Shown here piece after piece: positions 1-12,900 of a stretch of DNA of 64,000 nucleotides; within the stretch, counting starts at the first letter, position 1; each line of letters opens with the position of its first letter. The stretch is from contig JAQGDQ010000024.1 in NCBI GenBank assembly GCA_030141605.1, forward strand, positions 124,001 through 188,000, in the 5' to 3' direction. A program made the position numbers and the translations under genes. Source of the stretch: Tubiluchus corallicola. Lineage: Eukaryota; Animalia; Priapulida. Below the pieces are notes generated by a model. It made no database searches. It was not told the DNA's origin and saw only the letters and a list, made by a program, of their open reading frames with translations.

Positions 1-28
1 ATTAGTGTTGTACACTTATTAAGGAATT

Positions 29-71
29 ACACGCACGCACATACACACACACACACACAAGCACGCACACA
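29..71. repeat. (CA)n/(CACG)n microsatellite
   Basis: acacgcacgcacatacacacacacacacacaagcacgcacaca visible directly. Confidence 0.85.
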
Positions 72-237
72 GTATGCTGTTACTTCCACATTTTAATTAT
101 TTGCTGTAATTTTTTTTTTCAAGGGGAAAGTGAGATTCTCAGCTCCACCTAGAAAATGATAATTATTAAGTAATAGTTTTTAAACGAAAATTTAAATGAC
201 AATTATTCTGTATTGTGATCTGCAATTATCTTTGAAG

Positions 238-3200
238 GGGGGAAACGAGATGCTGAACTCAATTTACCTGCCAATGATTCGATCAGTGTCACTCTCTGCC
301 AAGACCAGGTACCAAAGAATATACAGTAGTTAATATTATAATTTTCTTGGTTTTTATGGCTTTGAAAAATGCAGATGTAATATATGCTTTTTGGGAGATG
401 CATCTATAGACATAGTAAAATGTAATAAGTAATTGAGAATTACACATAGAAGCAGCTCTGGAAAAACCTAAAACGTGTCTCTTTGTTAATGAAATATCCA
501 TGTCTGTAAATTTGTTCATCTTTCTTTGTTTTATTGACATTGAAACTAGTTCATACATTAAAATTTTCTATTAAATTTAAATGTACCTGTGGTACATAGC
601 CTTCTGTGTTGTGATGGCCTAGCTGTTCTTTTGCTTAGAGTTTGAAATGAGAATTTGATTGTTTAAATGTTTTTCGATCATTGTCCTAGCTATGCACAAA
701 GACCACTGTTGCGCTGAGCCGAAATTTTGTTGCTGACCGTATGTGGTTAAATGGAACTGAAGTATCAACACAAAATTCGAGGCTACAAAGCTGTCTAAAA
801 GAAAGTAATTTCTATAATTTTTTAATACGTTTTTATCATTTATATTTTTAGTGGTCTAAAAGTCTTATTAATCTAAGGTTAGATCCGTGAAAGACTTAAA
901 AACTTGAAATTTCACACCTCTCATTATAAAGGACTGAAAGTTGTGAGACAGAACTTTGGAGGAAAAATATCTGTGAAAATTATTAGTTATACAATATACA
1001 CATTGTACCTTGCAAAGAATACTTACGAAAATTATTGTTGGCTGGATCAAGTGCATTGGCAAGAGCTAGTGCATTTGATAAAATAATGTAGACTCAAATT
1101 AAGATCTGCCATGGTAGAAAACCTGTTTAAAGATTGAAGTCACTGATTTTGCATTAAATTCCCCAGAAATAAGTCTACTGGCTTATAAAGAAACACATAA
1201 ATTTTTCAATATTGTCCTACGCTATGGTAGTTGGAGCAGAAAAATGTGCTTACTTCAGTTCACTGAGTACATGAATTAGATTTAAATGAAGGGGCCATCT
1301 TTTGAGGTCCATGTAAGAAAAAATAGACAAGGGTTACCTTGATTTACCAATACATTGTTTTTCATTTTATATATGCATATTTGCGGAGTTGTATAACAAA
1401 TTGATTATTTAATAATAAGCTTTTTCACAGTTTCGTTGCGCGCTCGTGCAGCTGGTGTAGGTCAAAGGTTAAGTGTACCACGGCAACGCATCTTAACTAC
1501 AACCGTCACATGACATGTGGGTAAAGCAAAGATGTCGGCAGCTTCAGTTCAGTAGCTTCAGTTGTTTTACATAGACTTTATTTAATTATACGTTAATCTG
1601 TGCATAGAGTGATCTGCTAGTAGGATCTTGCTTGGGAACAAGAAAAAATGAACTAGGTAGGGTTCTACCTAGCTGTTAAAATTGTTACTATTACAGTAGC
1701 ATGGGCTGTGGAGCATTGACAAGTGCTCACAAATGCGTTGTCTGGTACACTTAACCTTTGACAGTTCACGATCATCATCAATCGCTGGAACCGTGAAAAC
1801 GCTTATTGTTGACTAATTTGTTATTCAGGAACATCATTGAGCTAATATATTGACCCGAATAATTAGACGTCCGAGTATTTTAGTAGTGGACATTGAATGA
1901 TATTTCATTTGTTTTAGTTCGAAGAAGGTCACGAAAACGAGGAGCATCAGAAAAATGTGGTACAAATGAGACAAACATGTCTGAGCATGTTCACATTTGC
2001 TCTTTGAACAACTTTCCAACAGCTGCTGGTTTGGCTTCATCCGCTGCAGGATATGCATGTCTAGGTACTGATATTAATATGATGTATTATTGGGTATTAA
2101 ACCAGTTTTTGACATTAGAGAAATTTTTGATAGAAAAGCTATCAATAGATGAATTAAACTAATTCAATAAAGGTGAAAATTAATTTAATTAACCATTACT
2201 AAGTTTCTGTTTCTAACTGCTTCCTACTTGTTTGATTATTTGCTTTACCATGTTAGATAAATTACCTTGCTTGTGAGCGCATTAGTTGTTTCTGACCCAT
2301 AGTTTTATGACTACCCGTATCATTGTTAGTGTTGTACCGAACTTGGGAAATACGCAGAAGTTTGGCAGTCGATCCAGACTGAAAATCCAGCTCAAACTGG
2401 ACCGGTGGTTGTAAAAAGTTGCCCAGTGCTTAGGAGCTGAAAATTGTTTGGTACAATGATGTTATTGGTAATATTAGCTACTGCTCTTCCAATGATTGTC
2501 AAATGTTTTTAATTGTGCAACAAGGCAGTTTCTGCACAATAGATAACGTGTTCTTGCTTGCACTACGTATGATTCACATTATGCAGCTATAGGTGCACTA
2601 AACTATAATTTGGTATTGTATGAATAAGATAAACCAAAATGTGAGTGGAACAGATAAAATACAGGCCGATATGGAAAGAATGCTCTGAAAGTATTCTGAT
2701 ATTTTGTACAAGAAAGTACAATGTCAAGCTTAAGCTTTGACTGCTACAAACCACTGCATACAATGCTTTTTTCTACAGTGCTGCTGAGTACAGCTTGTTA
2801 GACAAAAATTTTGCTGGTTACAGACTTTGAAAAATGTCTCAATTCTGAAAAACAATGTCTACACCAGAACAACACTTTATTGTGATTTTGAAGTTTTTAT
2901 TAGCTTTTTTTATATACATAAATACAATTAAAAATATACAGTAAGTAATAAGAATATATATAAAGCACACTAAATAACAATATACATAAATTTAAGTTCT
3001 TACAAATGAACTTTTAAATATTCTATTCTAAACCAATAACTACATAATCATGATACAGCTATAGTGATGAAAGCTGATTATTTTGACTGTAGTGTTATTT
3101 CAGTGGCATAACGAATTTTGGATCACATTTGCTGAATGTGATGGGAAATGCAACTGAATAGCTATATTAATCAAGCTTCAAACATGGAATTTTCATAATG

Positions 3201-6200
3201 CATAACTGAATATCAGCATTTTTGTGATGTCTTAAAGGAGTACACTGTATGGGCTTGCACAGTAGATGAACATGAATTTAAAGTTATAACATTCTGATGC
3301 TCAAAGTTGAAAGATGGGAAGTGTTAGAAAGTTGGGATGCAACCTGATTTGAATACATTGTAGATGCCTTAATCACTAGATCGGCACATCTCCCTGTGGT
3401 CAAAGCAGTCCAAAGTTCATCCCACATTGCTGGCCAACCGCAATTCTAACTAGTCAGATTAATTTTTTATTTTGATTAATTTTGAGCCAGAATGTTGGTA
3501 GTAGTGCTGACAGAATTATTCGGTTTTTGACTGACAGATAACTTTAAAAATTCATTATTAGTTTGGATCGACACAAATGGAATTTGGCACTACACTCATC
3601 AATGATTATCAAATAGCGGCTGACTTGCAACACAAATTTTACTGTACTGGTAATGGCAAGTATTAGAAAGAAATCCCAAGAATAGAATTTTATATATTCC
3701 AAAACTCCTGTGATTTACTAGTATATGTGGTAGATTTTAGAATTTTGCAGTCTGTAATTTCTGTCATATTAATTTTCTAAAATTGAAAGTCATAATTTTT
3801 TTATTCCATGTAGTGTTTTAAATTGTTGTCTGTTTTTTTAAAATAGCAGTGGCATACTTTTATTTTTTAGTTTATGCACTGGCAAAAGTGTATGGTGTTG
3901 ATGGAGATATCTCAGGAATAGCCAGGTAAGTTTAGTTGAAATAAACTTGGCAGATTAATAAACCCAATAAAAGCGTTTCGACAAATGTTTCGTTTCAGAA
4001 GTTTCACCAGTTTTCTGGGGAGGTGTCGATAGAAAAATCCCTGTGTTTCTCTTTGCTACTTTTAGTTTATGCCTAATTATACAACTAAATGTAGTTTTGC
4101 ACTTGATTTGATGATATAATAACATTTAGAAATAAATTTGCACAGCAGTTAATTCATTATAAATAGCAAAGCCTGCAAAAATAGAACGTAGTAGGTACTT
4201 AATAAGTTTAGAGAGTTTAGGAATCACTTCTTCTCCTTTATTACAATATATATAGTTGAAGTGGCTTGGCAATCTTGATTAAGAGCTTTTACATGTCAAA
4301 AACAGTATTCAAAAATATAGGTGGCCCATTATGTAATCTTGAACATTAAATAGGTCAGTAACATGTCCTGAAGTTTTTGTCGTAGCAAAACAACAAATGC
4401 TTTTTCCTACTCTGCTGTTTCTTAATCCCATTCGTAATGAAATTTGGTCAATATGATTTTGCTTAGACTCAGCAGACACACACTTTACTTTATTAAATTT
4501 GTGTTTAATCTTACTCTTGTTTAGACAGGGTTCAGGCAGTGCATGTCGTAGTGTCCTAGGAGGATTTGTCCACTGGATGATGGGAATGGAAACAGATGGA
4601 AGTGATAGTGTAGCTGTACAGATTGCGCCACACCTGCACTGGCCTGAATTAAGAGTTCTTATATGTGTAGTAAGTTTCTGGTGCCGTTAAATCCTTCGTT
4701 TTTATTAGCTTTTCAAAGGAACTTGCCAACTTGGTCAGCCAGACAGTTTCTTTCTGGGAACAGAGCTTTGTTCATTTAACCAAGTGAAAGTTCTAGACAC
4801 ATCTTTGTGCTGAGAGTTATCGAATATAGAAATTAACTTGTTTACTGAAATGTAAAATTTAACTAATATATGATAAATAATTGTAAAAATTGTGCTGGCA
4901 AGCAAAAACATCTTCATTATTAACATCTTTTTTTCATTCTTGGAGGTTAAAGAAACCTCTGAAATTGCTGTGTCATGCTTTTGTCACGGTTTTCTAACTA
5001 CCAGGAATTGAACTAAACTCGTCTAGTCCAACTTATTAATTTGGCAGTTAGACAAACTTTCTTCTTACTTTACTGAATTTGCATAATCATTGATTGCTAT
5101 GGTGTAAAGAAAGCATTTTATCTATTAATTTCGTATTTGTAGCAACAGATTACAACTTTAGCCAAGTCACATGGATGGATATATTGTTTTTATTAAGATT
5201 TTAGCATTGCATATGTTGAATTCGATGTAGGTAAGTGGTGAGAAGAAATCTATTGGCAGCTCATCTGGCATGCAAAAAACAATGAAGACGAGTGAACTGA
5301 TGCATCATCGCGTGGCTAATGTGGTGCCATCTAGGTCGAAATCGATCAGAAATGCAATTTTAGACAAAAATTTTGACACTTTAGCTACGCAAATGATGAA
5401 AGTGAGTATATGCATTTTTTAATTACTTTATTTTACCAATTAATATTGTACTTTTGTTTATAATGTAGGAAAGTTATGTTGTTTATAATGGCAAGTGGTA
5501 TGTAATCCAGAAAAAAATGTGAGCTAAAATTTTGCGAATTGATATTCAGAGCCTATTTTCACGAAGTAATATTTTTGCAATTCACCATTTCAAGCAAATT
5601 ACATAGTTTGTGCATAGTTTCATATAATTTATTACTAGCTGAGCAATTAAATTATGTACTTGTGAATAAACTCCAGGCCGAATGATGACAATTTGCTTTC
5701 AGTTTTCAGCTAATTATGGTTTCATAAACCGAGTAACTAGTATCCACCATGTCGCTGACATGCAGCAGCAAGAAACCAATAAGAGACTTTTTACTAGTGT
5801 GATTTATGCACTTGGAAATTTTTGCGGCTGGCCTTCCTCACAATATTAGCAAACATTTCTAGCACGCATTAATTTTATGGTTTACAGTACACACTACAGT
5901 TGTGTTGTAAAGAAAACATTGCTGAGGATATTAGATAAAAATAGACAGTTACTAATTATATCTGTTCTCGTGTAAAATTGCCGTCTGCCTGATTCAGGTA
6001 ATTTAACGTATAATGTGATGGCTTGAAAGTTAACTTGAGTCAGAAGATACAGTTTCTTAGCTAGTGCGTATGCTTTAACCTATTAAAATTGTTATAGAAA
6101 ATTGTGCATTGGGTATGAAAAATCCATAGCAAGCTCCTATGTGAAGTATAATTACAGTATAGCTAGTTAAACTGTTTGGGTCTGGCAAAAGAGAAATTTT

Positions 6201-9200
6201 GTTCAGGTTTATCCAAAATATATTTCGGCTTGGTTTTTAAATATTCTTATACAAAGTAGCTAGAAAACATGCAAAATAATCTGTGTAATTAAAATTCAAT
6301 TGTTCAGCAGTAATTTGTGCTTAAATTCTACTCGATATTTTCCATTAAACTGCAGGAACCATACTTATAAGTTTTGTAGTATATTTTACTATACAAGTAC
6401 ACACCCTTTTTCTTTTTTTAGGATAGCAATCAATTTCATGCTGTATGCCTTGATACGTTTCCACCTATATTCTACATGAATGACACATCTCGTGATATTA
6501 TTAATCTGGTCCATACATATAATGAGTGTTCTGGTAAAATTAAGGTACAAATTCTTTATTATTAACTTTATCTGCAAGAATGGCAACGGTACTATTTTTG
6601 TGTTACTCTCGTACTTTAAAAGTGCATTCCCGTTTGACTGCATCAATTAATGAAACTAATTTCCAACAGAATTACACACTTGATTTTTGGGAAAACGAAC
6701 TGTTTTTGTAATTATGCGTGCTGCTGTTACATGCACCACCACTTGAATGCTATTGTCATTATGGACGGTTTATATTTTCGCTATGTCACTAATATTTTCC
6801 TTTGTTGAATAATTCATTAATTTAAATTAAAATTTCAACTTTAAAAAAGCCTAGGAGTTTAATAACCCAATTTTAAAAATATTTAAGACGTGTGCAGGCG
6901 AATTAGAGTGTGGCTTCGTCTGTTGAGGCCCCATAACTTTTTTCGCCTAGAGACCCCGAAAGGTCATAATCTGCCCCTGGTAAAGAAGTCATTTTGAAAA
7001 ACGTTTAGATAACATTACGCAAAGCTGAAAAAATAATCAGTGTATTTGCAGCACATTCTTCATTAACTAAACAAATTTATCAATTACTTTATAAATGAGA
7101 TCGATAAAGTTTTTGGTAAGTCAGTGATGCAGTGCCATTTTACCAGGTGGCGAATATGACAGGTGAAATTCCGCCGTGAATACTTAAAATTACTGAGAAT
7201 TTTCGTTTCCAATTACCGTATTTTCCCATGTATAAGAGACCCTTGTGTATAAGAGACCCCTTCAATTTTTAGGCAAAAATTCTGGAAAAAAGTTTTTTGG
7301 TAATGAATAACTTTATTCATCATAGAAATCATTAAATTCCTCATCACTCTCATCAAAAATATCAACTGGAGTCAGACCTTCAGCAATTCCAGCCAGTTCA
7401 TTGTATTGCTTACAACCGCTTCATAGTCGAACGCGACACGCCTTGCTTAGGCTGACTCATCTCGTTGACCTCTGCCGACGTATCAATGACGTCGACGGGC
7501 ATGCAGAGAGCTTATGCAGATGCGTTGATTGGCTGCAGAACAATCGATTTCTCTCCAATACCAAAGAGACATTTAAAAAAATAATAACTTACCCGGTACA
7601 TTAATTTTATCATTAGAATTTAGCCATGGAGAAGATTTATTGAAAGGAAACTATAATTATTCGAAATAAAACAGTTGTAGAGCACTTATTTCTTTAAAAT
7701 CATTAGTGTCACAATTTATGCATCTTATTGAAAAGACTTACTCCCATGTATAAGAGACCCCCTATTTTTAAAGTGAAAATTCTGAGCAAAAAAGGGTCTC
7801 TTATACATGGGAAAATACGGTACATTCAAACATGTAAACATAATGCATAAGTAATACGTAATGGGGTACTAAGTAATATAACTTTGTATGGAAAGTACTT
7901 TGGAATGTACTTTAAGATTCCTTTTCTTTCCCTTTAAGTATATGTAGTTTGGCCCACCATGCAAACACATATTAAATCTTTCTAACTTTTTTCCAATATT
8001 CTTCTATATTTCTCTGTATCACTTGGGAACTTAATAGGTTGTTCTCATTTAGGTAAGTATATGTAGTGTGTTATGCATTATTGTAATTTTCTCATCGTAG
8101 GTTGGATACACGTTTGATGCTGGTCCAAATGCTTGCCTTTTCACATTGGAGAAGCATGTTCCGGAACTATATCAGTTAATATGCCACTGTTTTCCTTCAT
8201 CCCAACCTGACAAATTTCTAACTGGAATTGAAATTGCTAATACAGCAATGTCAAAGGTTATTACAGCTTTTTACAGTATCAGTAAAGTATAGTTTATATA
8301 GTTTAATGCAAGGCATTAACAGAATATTTCTACTTTTGCAACTCATTGTGCTTTTTGTTCAGATTGTTTGCCGCGGTTTTGTGCGTCACGTAACATTATA
8401 AATGTGACAAAGCCAAACCACATATTATGGGAAAGCTACTTTTTGCCTGAAAGTTTCTTAAAATGTTTAATTTAGTAATTAGTGCTCTTCCTTTGAATAA
8501 AAGTGCACTGTGCTAGCTAGCCAAGTCTGATTATCTAATCTACTGTTTCAGACACGGCTGATTTAAATTTAAAATAATATAATTTTACAGGAGTTGAAAG
8601 CGGCAATCTCACCATCGGACACTTATGATAGGATCCAGTATTTAATCCACACGAAAGTAAATGAAATGATTCATTTTTTTTAAATATTTGTTTTTACGTT
8701 TTCTATATATGTGGTTATTTATTAAAGCATCATTCTTCACTTTCATGACTTTCAAAAAATAGGAAAATCTGTGTGTGATTTTGTAAAAGAAATAGATAAT
8801 TTTCTGTTTCTATAAGAAATAGACATAATAGATGAATTAATCGCTTAATAAAACCATTGATAATAAACCAATCGCATTTTACAACCATTTTGGGAAGGTC
8901 CGGAATTACTTTTGTATACTATTTGGTTATTAAAATCAGTGTGGCTTTTAACAAGATCACGTTTTTCAGTGTCAGGCAGCAAAAATAATAGGAAAATATA
9001 TTTTTGGTAGTTAGTCTATTTTTTAAGATACACAGTTGAAATTTAAATCTCGTTTTATCTGTGTAAGCAAAGTTTTGTGCATAACGAGTTAAATTATGTC
9101 AAGCAAACAGATTAAATGATTCAAAATATGTTTGACCCAATGCATAAGTTTGTGTTTATAAATAAAACTAATAAGAAATAAAACTATCTACGTGTAGCTA

Positions 9201-9903
9201 AAATTGGCAGCCAACACGTTTTTACAAAACAGATGTTAAAATAAATTTAGAGAATGTAGTTAACATTAGTGAACTCCTTGCACATGTTATATATTAATTA
9301 CGTTGAAGCAGTCACTTATTGTACCATGCCAAATACAAACACTTGCTACAGGCTGCCGCATAGTAAAACTGCTGTTTATTAAGACCACTTACTGCTGATC
9401 CTGTGGTCGTTTTATTAAGTGGGAACTACTGTACTGACCAGGATGTATAGCAACCTTCTCACCCAAGGTTATTGTTTTTGTTTACCCTAGGGTCTCGTTA
9501 AAACATGAAGCAAGCTATCAAAGTTCGAGTACTTCTCTAAAAATGAATATTTAGTGTAGACTTGGGTTCAAGCGAGTGGCAAATGTGAAATTTGGATTGT
9601 TTATTACATGAGCAAGAAATACAAAAAATGCAATTTTAAGTGTGTAAAGCCAATTAAATTATGGCAATATTAGACTGACAACATGTATAAAATATTCCTT
9701 TTTATAGACTTGATATAAATGGGTTCGTTATTTGTGTTAACTGATTTTTAATGGTTTTTGTATTTTTGCACATAATTAAATGATTTACACCTTGTTAGTT
9801 AGCATACAACCGATCTTATGTTTTATAGGTTGGAGATGGGCCAAAACTATTGTCCAATGCAGATGATCATTTACTAGGAAAGGATGGACAACCACACATA
9901 TAA
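238..9903 (+). CDS. MVD: Diphosphomevalonate decarboxylase, 5'-partial (exon 1 upstream of window), 10 exons visible
   Basis: Exons with GT-AG and consistent phase: 238-308, 690-804, 1918-2064, 3871-3925, 4525-4669, 5231-5401, 6422-6544, 8101-8256, 8591-8656, 9829-9903 (TAA). Translation shows [61 protein letters not shown] and VGDGP motifs of GHMP-family MVD. Confidence 0.96.
1393..1824. mobile_element. Foldback/MITE-like element with long imperfect inverted arms
   Basis: Perfect 20-bp IR GTCAAAGGTTAAGTGTACCA (1461-1480) / TGGTACACTTAACCTTTGAC (1743-1762), plus outer imperfect IR AATAAGC.TTTTCAC.GTT and ATAACAAATT. Confidence 0.65.
2327..2877. mobile_element. Possible degenerate hAT-type non-autonomous element
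   Basis: TAGTGTTGTACCG ... GAACAACACT termini resemble those of the 44624-45391 element; flanks tcattgt/ttattgt resemble a decayed TSD. Confidence 0.3.
7216..7820 (-). mobile_element. Non-autonomous Tc1/mariner-superfamily (pogo/Tc2-like) element, internally deleted
   Basis: Perfect 29-bp TIRs CCGTATTTTCCCATGTATAAGAGACCCTT; TA TSD at 7214-7215 and 7821-7822; repeated subterminal TGTATAAGAGACCC; minus-strand acidic C-terminal peptide remnant ending in TAA/AATAAA near 7313. Confidence 0.9.
9359..9432. mobile_element. Short degenerate Tc1/mariner-like MITE
   Basis: Imperfect IR around GACCAC/GTGGTC, ending CTACTG|TA. Confidence 0.3.
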
Positions 9904-12900
9904 CCATTCCAAGCTAAACGTTTGAAAATGGATTTGGAAAAGTAATTCTTTGTAGATTTTGTCTTCTGCAATCTTGAGCATCAGTCAAATCAATCAGTTA
10001 GCATTTTGCTAAACTTACACTCTACAAACCATTTTAATCTGTGTTATTGTAGAAAATTATTATTTTTTAAAAACGTAAAGTCATAGATCATTCAGCATTT
10101 TACTTAATTTATTTTATAAAATGTTTTTATTATATATCTTTGTGGAACATTGTTATTGCTTTTAGCAAAACTTTCCACCATTACAATGATGATAGATAGA
10201 AGTATTTCGGGTACTAATATAAATAACATAAAACAAATCTGTTTTCAGCATAGTTTTATTGCTATTTAATAACATGTCTATGTGGTACGATGTACTGCAT
10301 ACATTATTACCCAGTCATGACTAGATCGGGAACATTTACAGTAACGTCTTTTGTATAATAAAAAGAATAGATCGAAAAAATCACGGCTGTAGTGAAAGCG
10401 AAAGATAATTCAAATTAATTGCTTTTGTTTTTCGGCCACCGTGCTCTCAATTTGTATTAAACATTATGACAGCATATCTGTTTGCTGGACCTCCTCGATC
10501 TATTCTTGTACATATGTAACAAACCACAATAATACAGAGCAAGTATATATATAATTTATACATTCTACAATATTGTATAATATAATAGGCAGAAAATCAT
10601 ATACGTTTACATAATAAATAACAAAAAGCATTCTATGCAAATAAAACTGTATATAACCGCAAAATATGGAATTTGAATATTTTCTGGTTGACTAGCTTGA
10701 TATTGGACTGACTGAAGACCAAAAAACAGGGATTGGGACTCTTTGTTAGGAGTTACGACTGCTCTTTGCTAAGAGTTATGATCTTAAAGGAGGTCAATAG
10801 GACATTTCATTGTCAATTTATTAAGTCACCAAGACTGATAAAAACCCTTTTACAGTAAACACACAGCAAACTGTAGTAGCTAAAATGTTTTAAGATTTTT
10901 TTGCTCTAGTGGATAGGTGCAAGTAATGTTTATTTATGTCAGACAGTATTTTCCCCAAATTCAGGTGTCCCTCAAACCTTTGGCTCAAGCTTTCATCAAT
11001 TATTTTGGTTCAGATGTAACGATACCTGTGTTTTTTCCAGAACGTAGTGGATTTTGGCTTTTTTAATAAAAAAAAGCTGGAATGTTACACGGAATGTCTT
11101 GTTCAGAGGACTTTCCAAATTTGTTTGTAAATCTGTAGTTATCTTTAGTAGTTCAGTGGTAGACTCGAGTTGCCGATAAGAGCAATTGTAACAAAATGTC
11201 ACTTTCTTTTTATGTTACTTGAACAGAAATTAGCTTTGCTACTAAGCACCCCCATGGTTGACTTCACTGGATTATTCCACGATTATTCTTACACACACAC
11301 ATAGAAAGGCAGTGTGAGAGGTTGGGCTCTATAATGGGAAACTGGTCTACTTCAAGCAGCTGCATGAATCGGCCAATAATTTTATTAAGCAGTATATTCG
11401 ATGGACACATCCATTACATATCAGAAGAGGTGGGAAGCAATGTGAAGCAGATTAGCTAGCTCAGAGTAGGCTTACTGAGCAGAAATGTTACTAGCTTTGT
11501 AACACAGATGAGGTGTGGCTTGTACCTGTCACAAAAATTTGTAATTCCAGGTCCCAGTTATACTGTTTGCACTTTTAGCTCCAACATCTTGTATGCACAC
11601 TTTTTTGAAAAGTTGCAAGTCGTGAATAAGAATCTATTTAATGTAACAGTCATCTTAAAGTCAATGTGGCCAAGAGTAATACATAAAGAGAAGTACCAGG
11701 GTATGTACAGGCACATACCCCCTTTACCCTCACATGGCATGTTCCAGTTCCATGTGTCCCAGGGCCACATAAGAAGTAATTATACCAAAGAACCGACAGT
11801 TGATAATAACAGGCACGGGCTGTTACACGACATAAACTACTGTTACCAGAATTGAGACAGCAATCTCTAAGGAAAAGGAATAAATATTATTACATCGGAT
11901 AGTCTTCATGGTAATCAATGAACAATGAACTATCACACATGACGACCTACATCTTATAATCTGTCAATATCAACATAAATTAATACTCCTGTGAAACTTA
12001 TAAAATTAAAGTTATAATTGCAAAAACACTAGGAATGTTAAAGTTTTCCATGGAATGGATGTCTGCAAATTTAGTTGTTAAGTTAGAGATGTTGAGTGTT
12101 TTGGCTTCAGCAGGCTTTATAATAAGGTTCTTATAAAGGAAAAACAGCTTGCAAAAAGAGTGAATCTGGCATCTAGCTGTCTGACATAAGTAAACATTTT
12201 GTGGCTATACTTAATGTTAGGCAGCTTTTATCCCATCAATTTGGAGCTGGTTTAAGAACGAATAAAAACAATTGCACAACAACATAATACACTTAAGGTA
12301 CACTGGGTAACACTTGAATAGATCTATAAATGTCACTTTTGTACAGCAAATAACAGTTGGTAAAATTCTTCAAGTAAAATAATAACCACAATTCAACAGT
12401 TATAGTTTCTCTTATAAAACTCAACCATGTTTGTGTCACCATGGTGATCACATTTTCTATCTTGTAAGCATAAACGTTTGGTGCTGTTGGCAAAGAGCTT
12501 TTCACTAAATTGCCTATATGTCAGCATTGCCAACAACAACATTGGCTCATAACAGTCTATATGCTGAGGCAAATTCTGGAACTTATAAATTTTGGAATTC
12601 ACAAAAGTGATATGAATTTACTCTAGACTATTTAGTGCCCACTAATGAGTAATTTTGTAACAAATAAAAAAGCTGTTGCAGAAAAATTAGCTTGTCTATA
12701 CATGTATTCAGATAAAGTACAGACATGCTAAGCTATGTAACTATTAACTACGTAATGATTAAAGGAATTAGTAACTGGGCAAAGCAGAAAACTTTAACTT
12801 GAACTGAACTTCATTTTTCAAATACAAATCAAATGGATTGATTTTACCATGGCACGAATAATTTGAATCTAATTAATTTGCACATTTAATTTCATTGAAG

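Noticed and set aside
7244-7257. TGTGTATAAGAGAC matches 14 nt of the Tn5 mosaic end/Nextera adapter
   Set aside because: It is part of the element's repeated TIR/subterminal motif, with perfect inverted ends and a TA TSD; the flanking AGA and AG of the adapter are absent.
11200-11860. GC-richer stretch with overlapping ORFs (11508-11855, 11558-11770) and a short vector-like word CAGCTGCA..TGAATCGGCCAA
   Set aside because: No recognisable domain or splice structure; the vector similarity is too short and gapped. Probably UTR or old repeat.
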